Source of the DNA: Octopus sinensis
Lineage: Eukaryota
DNA length: 64,000 bases
Reading direction: 5' to 3'
Assembly: GCF_006345805.1 (NCBI RefSeq)
Contig: NC_042998.1
Span: 147,374,001 to 147,438,000, forward strand
Under the pieces are notes generated by a model. It was not told the DNA's origin and ran no database searches. It was given only the letters and a program-made list of their open reading frames with translations. Position numbers and translations under genes: made by a program. Below, piece after piece: positions 55,068 to 64,000 of this stretch (within the stretch, counting starts at the first letter, position 1; each line of letters begins with the position of its first letter).

Positions 55068-56730
55068 CATCATCATCATCATCATTTCAGCGGTAAGTTG
55101 TCAAAATTGCTAGTACGTCGTAGAAAATGCTTGGCAACATTTCTTCCCACTCATTATGTTCTGAGTTCACTTCCGGTGAAATCATCTTTGCCTTTCATCC
55201 TTTCGAGGTTTTTAAAATAAGTAATAGCTGAGTATTGGTGTCAATGTACTCGACTAGCCCCATCCCCGCAAAATTGCTGGCCTGGTGCCAAAATTTGAAG
55301 TCTTTATTTCCGAATAAATTAAGTGACAGTAAAGTGCACACTGAGACGGCGTATGAAACGTACTGATTTTAACCAAAAATAAATAAATAAATAAATAAAA
55401 AGCTTTAAAAATAAATAAATAAATAAATAACCTGAGGACCTCTATTCGAAATTGGGCCTATAGTATGTGCTTTAATTCACTAAAAGCTTCTCTCCTGAAT
55501 GTGCGCTGCTGAAATTGGTGCGCATCTTACATGTCCATGCGCCATCAAATACTGTGCTTAGTTGCGTATTTCACATTCTGAGTTCAAATCCTACTGGGAG
55601 TTCACTAGGTCCTTTTTTTCCTGCAGGGTTCGATAAAATACGTAACTAGTAGCGTATTGTGATTGATTTAATGAACTCTTCCCTTCTCTAAACACCTGTC
55701 GCCTACTGGCAAAGTTAGAAATCAGTCTTTCTGAATTGCTTTGCTCACTTGAAGCTGTTTTGATATTAAAATACCTGCGTGTTTAACATTTATAAGGGCT
55801 GTGAGCTGGCTGAATCGTTAGCACGTTGGACAAAGTGCTTTATGACAAGTCTTTTGGCGTTTTACGTTCTGAATTCAAATCCCGCCGAGGTCAACATTGC
55901 TTTTCATCCTTTCGAGAGCGATAAAAATAAAGTACTAATCAAGTACCAGAGTTGATGCAATCGACTTGCCCCTCTCCCTTCCCGCCCTCCAAAAAGTCCG
56001 ATTACCATGGAAATCGAGTAATCGGCCTTGTGACTCCTAAGGTTCAAGAAAAATTTTTAAGCAATAACATTCATAGGTTTAGGAGGTTTTGACTAGTGAT
56101 GTATGCTGTGGTTGCGTATCTAGGAACCGAGTGTATTATTTTGCTTCGAGAGAGGGGTTGGCTGCACTGCGGTTAAGACAATCCTATCTACGACATAGGA
56201 ACTTGTCCATGCTCTCTAAATTCATTACATAATGTTTGCTAATACAGACCACCACCAGTTTCTTCGGGCTCTGTATTGGACCCTTTATTGGTACGAACTA
56301 CTAATGTACCATTTGGTAGCATAAACTACTAGTACTGGGTTATACTCGCGATTGGCCGCAGTACTTGACTGGTACTTTTATTTTATCGGAACTGAAAGTA
56401 TGAAAGGCTAAGATGACCTCAGAGGCCTCTGTACTTAGAGCGTAAAGAACCGCAAGAAATACATCTAAGTATTTTGTCCGACGCTCTAACGATTCTGCCA
56501 GCTGGTCACCTTGATGATGATGATGATGATAATGGGTTTTTTTCTAAAGTAAGCCCATGTCTGCAATTTTAGGAAAAGTGTTAAGTCGATTACACCGACC
56601 CCAGGTCTTGACTAGTATTTTATTTTATTGACTCCCAAAAGATGGAAAGTTGACCTCATTGGGATTCGAACTCCAGATGTCAAGTACCAGAAAAAATGCT
56701 CCTAAGCATTTTGTCTAACTCTCTAACCAT
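54825..56730. mobile_element. SINE family A cluster (plus 54825-55020, 55088-55280, 55560-55720, 55795-55990; minus 56330-56510, 56540-56730)
   Basis: Repeated head/B-box/core text at different levels of divergence. Confidence 0.8.
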
Positions 56731-56813
56731 TCTACCAATGCATTGCATTTGCTGTGGCATAATATCGTCCATTGCATCATTTCTGTATGAATAAATACAT
56801 ATGTATGTTTTAT

Positions 56814-56871
<58 letters not shown>

Positions 56872-57057
56872 AATATATATATATATATATTAGTCAATTT
56901 ATAGCAAAAAATTCAATAGAAATTTATCGCAACCAGCGGGCCTAAAAGGATGAATAGGGAAATGTAAATTTCACCTAATTTTGAATTAATAATACTTGGC
57001 GTGTGATGTGTATGCTCTTTGGTGGACGAGTGACCTGTTGGGGTCACTCCTAAATCG

Positions 57058-57118
<61 letters not shown>

Positions 57119-57235
57119 ATATATATAATTTATATATATATATACATACATATAAAACATACACATATGTATTTACTCATACAGAAATGATGCAATGGAC
57201 GATATTGCACACCAAATGCAATGCATTGGTAGAAT
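56729..57235. repeat. Foldback inverted repeat (arms ~165-175 bp, spacer ~165 bp)
   Basis: ATTCTACCAATGCATTGCATTTG...AATATCGTCCATTGCATCATTTCTGTATGA..(TA)n at 56729-56891 is the reverse complement of 57058-57235. Confidence 0.85.
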
Positions 57236-57293
57236 TAGCGGTTTGAGTCTAGTGGGTCGAATGGCCTATCGGGGCCGTTCCTCAATGTTGTTG

Positions 57294-57337
<44 letters not shown>

Positions 57338-57411
57338 GTGTACATACATACATATACATACATACATATACATATACATACATACATATACATATACATA
57401 CATACATACAA

Positions 57412-57445
<34 letters not shown>

Positions 57446-58104
57446 ATAGAGAGAGAGGGGAGAGAGAAAAGTGTATGCGTTGTATGTTGGTGTTACCTCA
57501 TTTGTGTTTCTTAAAGAGTCATATGTGTTAATGTGCGTGTGTGTGCTGCTTTGAAATGATTTATTGAAGATATTTGTTTCAAAAATACAACGTATTGACT
57601 TACATACAGACAGCATATAGAAAATATTCTATTACATAGAAACAGTATGGACTGTATTGAATTACAGACAAACGGCACAAAATGTGTGCTATTTTTCGCC
57701 TCCCCAAATGTCACTCACAAACTTATAATCATATTTCAGCAACCTCCGACCGTGAGCATTTTCTATTTTTCTGTTACCTTCTAATTTTCACGGTGTTGTT
57801 GTCGTTACTTTTGTCGTCATCGTTGTTACTATAATTCAGTACAGGTCACTGACTTCATAAACAAAAGCGTTCCAGTCCTAACCATTGCGTTATTTACAGT
57901 ATACAACAACGAAATGCAACAGGAGGTCAGTGGCTTCAGGTACAGTGGTGCTCTATATAGTTCACAGTAAGAAAGATTTTATGACATGCAAGGGACGAGT
58001 CTGGGATATTTGTAACAAGCTTCACAATATCTGACTATCAAATATTTCAAAATCAACAAGGCCAGGCCCCGTTCAGGGCAAGTGCAGAGAACATACTTCT
58101 GTGC

Positions 58105-58208
58105 GTAGCCCATCTTTTATAGCATGACAAAACAATGTACATGATAACACTTCCAATCAGTTAAGATCAAAAGTCATGAGGGCCACTGCTTGGAACTGCA
58201 TCAGGGTA
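58105..58208. mobile_element. Partial copy of element Y (right-hand end only)
   Basis: GTAGCCCATCTTTTATA...ACACTTCCAATCAGTTAAGATC...CTGCATCAGGG followed by (ATT)n. Confidence 0.8.
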
Positions 58209-58211
58209 TTA

Positions 58212-58313
<102 letters not shown>

Positions 58314-58317
58314 TTTT

Positions 58318-58529
58318 CAAGGCGGCGAGCTGGCAGAATCGCTAGTACGCCAGGCGAAAATCTTAGTGGTATTTCGTCTGCCGCTACGTTCTGTGTTCAA
58401 ATTCCGCGAAGGTAGACTTTGCCTTTCATCCTTTCGGAGCCTATAAACTAAGTACCAGTTAAGCATTGGGTCAATGTAATCGACTATCCCCCTCCCCCAA
58501 ATTACAGGACTTGTGCTTTAGTAAAAAGG

Positions 58530-58580
<51 letters not shown>

Positions 58581-59421
58581 ATATTATATTATTATTGTTG
58601 TTGTTGTTGTTGTTGTTGTTATTATTATTATTATTATTATTATATTATTATTATTATTTTATTATGTTGTTGTTGTTGTTGTTTATTATTATTATTATCA
58701 TCATTTTCAAGGTGGAAAGTTGGCAGAATCGTTAGCACGTAGGGCAAAATGCTTAACGGTATTTCGTCTGCTGCCACGTTCTGAGATCAAATTCCGCTGA
58801 GGTCGACTTTGCCTTTCATCCTTTCGGGGTCGATTAAATAAGTACCAGTTACGCACTGGGGTCGATGTAATCGACTTAATCCGTTTGTCTGTCCTCTCTG
58901 TGTTTAGCCCCTTGTGGGCAGTAAAGAAATAGGTATTTCGTCTGTCTTCATCTTCTGAGTTCAAATTCCGCCGAGGTCAACCTTGCCTTTCATTCTTTCG
59001 GGGTCAATAAAATAAGTACCAATTACGTACTAGAATCGATATAACCGACTATCCTCTCCCCCAACAGTCTAGACCCTTGTACCTTTAATAGAAAGGATTA
59101 TTATTGCCATTTTCAAGGCGGTGAGTTAGCCGAATCGCTAGCACGCCTGGTGAATGCTTAGCGGTATTTCGTCTGCCACCACGTTCTGTGTTCAAATTCG
59201 CCGAGGTTGATTTTGCCTTTCATCCTTTCGGGGTCGATAAATTAAGTACCAGTAAAACGCTGGGGTTGATCTAATCGACTAGTTCCTTCCCCCAAATTTC
59301 AGGCCTTGTGCTTTTAGTAGATTTATTATTATTATTATTACTATTATTATTATTACTATTATTATTATTATTATTATTATTACTATTACTATTAATATTA
59401 CTACTATTATTATTATTATTA

Positions 59422-59498
<77 letters not shown>

Positions 59499-59694
59499 TA
59501 AGGCGGTGAGCTGACAGAATCATTAGGTCGTTGGGCAAAATGCTTAGCGGTATTTCGTCCGTCTTCACTTTCTGTGTTCAAATTCCGCCGAGGTCGACTT
59601 TGCCTTTCATCCTTTCGAGGTCGATAGAATAAGTAGCAGTTCAGTACTGATGTCGATGTAACAAATTTCGTGTCTTGTGCCTATAGTAGAAAGG

Positions 59695-59700
<6 letters not shown>
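58318..59700 (+). mobile_element. Chain of four plus-strand SINE family A copies joined by (ATT)n, including a dimeric long form (58710-59100)
   Basis: Copies at 58318, 58710, 59115 and 59500. Confidence 0.9.
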
Positions 59701-59748
<48 letters not shown>

Positions 59749-60307
59749 GAGTGAGAGAGCAGTGCATGCCATCAAAGAGACACTGGGGTACAAATGTACG
59801 AAGCCCAGTATACCCATCATGACTACCCGTCTGATAAGGGTATACCAGGCACATGCATCACAACCATATGTGCACGACATGGTGATCTCATAACAAGATA
59901 AACAGCGCATGACCTTGCGGGTGGGGCCCAGTTAGAATTTTCTTCTGGTTGGGTAACCCATCCCACTCAAAAGGTCCCTGAACAAGGCTTGTTTAAGGAT
60001 GTTGAATGAAACACCCATGTTTCCAGAGGTGAATCATTCAAACCCCAAAGAATCCCTCTCAACACATGGCTATGATGCTCCCCCACTACTTCTACTCGTG
60101 ATCAGAGATGCACATATCGTCAGCCACTAAGGGACATGCTCAACTGGTTACGGTCAAACAACTGACAAGCAAATCTGTGGTATTGAGCAGAATATTTGCT
60201 GTAGCCCATCTTTTATACCAAGACAAAACAATGTACATGATAACACTTCCAATCAGTTAAGACCAGAAGCCATGAGAGCCACTGCCTGGTACTACTGCAT
60301 CAGGGCA
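59749..60307. mobile_element. Element Y, copy 2
   Basis: Same termini as 53617-54171, with (ATT)n flanks. Confidence 0.85.
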
Positions 60308-60410
60308 TTTATTTATATTATTATTATTATTATTGCGAAGGCGTTGAGCTGATAGAATCGTTAGCACGCCAAGGCACCAGAATGAATAACTTTCGGTATT
60401 TATCAACCCT

Positions 60411-60454
<44 letters not shown>

Positions 60455-61094
60455 AATCACTAAGATGGCGAGGTGGAATAATTGTTAGAGTGTTAGAAAA
60501 AAATGACTTGCAGTATTTCTTCCGACTCATTACATACTGAGTTCAAAATCTGTTAGAGTCAACTTTGCCTTTCATATTTTTAAGGTCGATAAAATAAGTA
60601 CCACTTGAGTACTGGGTTTAGAGTAATCGATTATCCCTCTCTCAGACCATGTGCCTGTAATAGTGCAAAAAAAAAAGAAAAAAATTAGGCCTACTTTACA
60701 ATGCGTTTCAAACTAGAATCCCACTGACTTTCAGTTTGTCTGTGTCTCATAAAATCTTGCGGCTGGTTCACTCACTGCGAATATCACCCTGATTTACGGT
60801 AATGATATACTAAAGCGTCTGTGGAGTACTTAACCACATAACAAAACAAGGAAAAAAATACAAAGCAATAACAATAACAATAACAATAACAAAATCATTC
60901 CATGAGTTGGTAATTTCACTGATCCAACATCTAGAACACTCATCGTCGCAACTGACGAAAGCTCTATTATTAATTCATTATGCCACCATATTTCATCTAA
61001 TTATGTTCCTCTAAATATTCAGAAACGGGTTCGTTTGTTTCTATTGCATTTTTATAAATATATAAATAAATAAATAAATAAATAATAAATAAAT

Positions 61095-61620
<526 letters not shown>

Positions 61621-62035
61621 ATAAATAAATAAATTTATCTATTTATTTATTCATTATAATTAATTCATTTTTGGCTTTTCTATCCTAAAATCCGGTAAAT
61701 AAACTCTTCGGTCAATCTTTTAATCTTTAATCACAGCTGTTATTTAAAATATTAAAGTCATCTATCATAATCCGATTATTATTTTTCATATTTCATCTCA
61801 ATCAATCAAGAGAACCCTTGACTATTATAAAGGTTATTTCACAGAACTCCTGATGACCTAGTTTATTCATTTATCTATTTATTTATTTGTTTTGCGCATG
61901 ACAATAAATAAAGAGTTCTCTAGGTCAAACAGCTGCTCAAGGAGTGCCAACCGAGGTTCAGTCTTGAAGATCTTTAAGCCTAGACTGACTTAAATCCTAT
62001 ATGAGGACCATTTCTTTTTATATTATATTTATTAA

Positions 62036-62405
62036 GGCGGCGAGCTGGCAGAAACGTTAGCACGCCGGCCGAAATGCGTTGCGGTATTTCGTCTGCAATT
62101 ACGTTCTGAGTTCAAATTCCGCCGAGGACGACTTTGCCTTTCATCCTTTCGGGGTCGATTAAATAAGTACCAGTTACGCACTGGGGTCGATATAATCGAC
62201 TTAATCCGTTTGTCCTCTCTGTGTTTAGCCCCTTGTGAGTAGTAAAGAAATAGGTATTTCGTCTGCCGCTACGTTCTGACTTCAAATTCGACTTTGCCTT
62301 TCATCCTTTCGGGGTCGATGAAATAAGTACCAGTTCCCTACTGGAGTCGATGTAATCGACTATCCCCTTTCCCCGAAAATGTTCGAGGCTTTGTGCCTAG
62401 AGTAG
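62036..62405 (+). mobile_element. Dimeric long-form SINE family A
   Basis: Head and core, then spacer CTTAATCCGTTTGTC...GTAAAGAAATA, then a repeated GGTATTTCGTCTGCCGCTACGTTCTG core and tail. Confidence 0.92.
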
Positions 62406-63289
62406 CAGTAGCTATTTATATTTATTTTCCATTGATAGTTGAAAATTTTATTTCATTTCATTCTGGTATCTAGTAAACTGTTTAAGATTTAACACACACA
62501 CGCGCAACTGAAAATTATATTTTTGAGTACACATTCACCCATTTTCTTTGAATTTTGCTGGTATCGACTTTGCTCTTCATCTATCCGAGGGTCCTTAAAA
62601 TAAAGGTTTTGTGAAGTACTGGAACCAACATGATCGACTATAAGATTCCCAGCTCTAACAACAAAAACTGTGTGTCCCAAAATCTATAGATATTAGCCCA
62701 TGCGGGTTATTGATGAGTGATTAGTTGAATCGATTACTAAATGCCAGTGAGGTCAGCTTTGCTTTTCTTTCTTTAGGTAGGCATTAGAGAGTCGTATATG
62801 ATGCTTCCCGGCATATATTCGACTCTCTGCGCTTTATCTCAGTTCAAGTCCTGCCAGGCTTGGCCTTGTTGTTCATGCTTTCAGTCGATAAAAACAGTAC
62901 CACTCTCGAACGGTAGCTTGGCGGGTTTGTACCAACAACGACCTTAATGTTTTGATGGTGGTGGCGGCGGTGGCGATGGTGGCAGTGATGATGACCATGA
63001 TGGTGATGATGATGGTGATAATGATGATGGTGATTGTGGTGGTGGTGGTGATAGTGATGATGATGAAGACGACGGCGACGACGATGATGATGCCTTGATG
63101 CTTTGTGGTATTATTTTAGTTTTCTCTTTTGTTGGGTGGTTGACTTAAGCCATCAACCGGTTTAACTCCACCCTCTGTTACCTTTGGTGTCTTTACTGGA
63201 GACCACTCTGTTACAAGCATCCAGACAGTCTCTCCCATCTATCTATGTAAATATGTATGTGTGTGTGTGTGCGTGCGTGTGCGTGTGTA

Positions 63290-63490
63290 TCTTTGTGTTT
63301 GTGCCCCACCACCTTTTGACAACTGGTGCTGGTTTGACTGTGTCCCCGTAACTTAGCAGTTTGGCAAGAGAAACCGATCGTATAAGTACCGGACTTTAAA
63401 AAAAATTAATCACTGGGGTCAATTTGTTTGACTAAACTCTTCAATGTGGTGCCCTATCATGGCTACAGTCCATAACCGCAACAAGTTAAA
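63290..63490 (+). mobile_element. SINE family B, 3' half
   Basis: TTGACAACTGGTGCTGG...CCCCGTAACTTAGCAGTTTGGCAA...ACCGAT...CATGGCTACAGTC. Confidence 0.75.
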
Positions 63491-64000
63491 GACGATAATG
63501 CAATGGGTTTCTTTTGTTTAATCCCAAATTCAGTCCTGATTGCGCAGACCTATGATTAAATTCAACTAAGTAATGACTAAACTGCTTATTTTCAGATTTA
63601 TTGTACTCAGGACTACATTATCTAGTCTGTACCTTTCTAAGAGAGTGAAATAACTATCAAGTACTGGACTTAGCTTAATTCAGTATTTTTGAACCATTTT
63701 TTCCGCATGGATTCCTTTGATTCCTATTTTACTCTGATGGGCCCTCATAGCCATTCGATATTTTAAATTTTTATAACTAAATATTACCCTTTTAAATTTT
63801 TATAATTAAATATTATCGGCGATTCTATAAAGAAAAATTCTTCGAATATTTTGTATTATGTAGAAGTATAATGAATTTATTGCACATACATTTAAACAGT
63901 AAAATTTTATATAGACACCCCATCCCAAAGGTCATATGGACCATGGTTTACAGTCACTGGCTTAATCAAATACAACCATCCCTACAGATGTTTATATCGG

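Noticed and set aside
58318-59700. Regularly recurring ~200-bp repeats as a CRISPR-like array
   Set aside because: These are SINE copies of variable length separated by microsatellite, in a eukaryotic context with no cas genes.

Overview
AT-rich, microsatellite-saturated animal genomic DNA, most likely an octopod cephalopod (my recollection of the SINE families, not a database hit). It is almost entirely intronic or intergenic. No intact protein-coding gene, tRNA or rRNA gene is recognisable, and nearly all ORFs in the supplied track are translations of (TA)n/(CA)n/(ATT)n tracts or antisense SINE text. The window is a transposon graveyard. It holds one near-full-length but disabled RTE LINE (~830-4570), two mariner fossils, an internally deleted DD37D/maT element with TIRs, a non-autonomous Helitron, a hAT MITE, a Tx1/L1 fragment and six fragments of R4/Dong-type (RLE) retrotransposons, all on the minus strand. 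There are also dozens of tRNA-derived SINEs from at least four families, often chained head-to-tail through (ATT)n tracts. The most striking unannotated layer is a set of Penelope-like element (PLE) remnants carrying minimal hammerhead ribozymes (HHRs). One 5'-truncated GIY-YIG PLE has inverted pLTRs and an apparently intact HHR (5403-5453), and five further loci have HHR-like motifs. Most motifs have a different but still palindromic stem-III loop (GATC, GGCC, AGCT, ATAT, or a loopless ACGT), and most sit next to (TA)n tracts. Also notable: a defined ~555-bp non-coding element embedded in (ATT/TAA)n tracts, a ~500-bp foldback, a ~950-bp tandem duplication that may be an assembly artefact, and weak candidate exons of an unidentified plus-strand gene (…GGTNLYHPLA-DYAYLAQYFP*). 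Coordinates of degraded repeats are approximate (roughly +/-20-50 bp).
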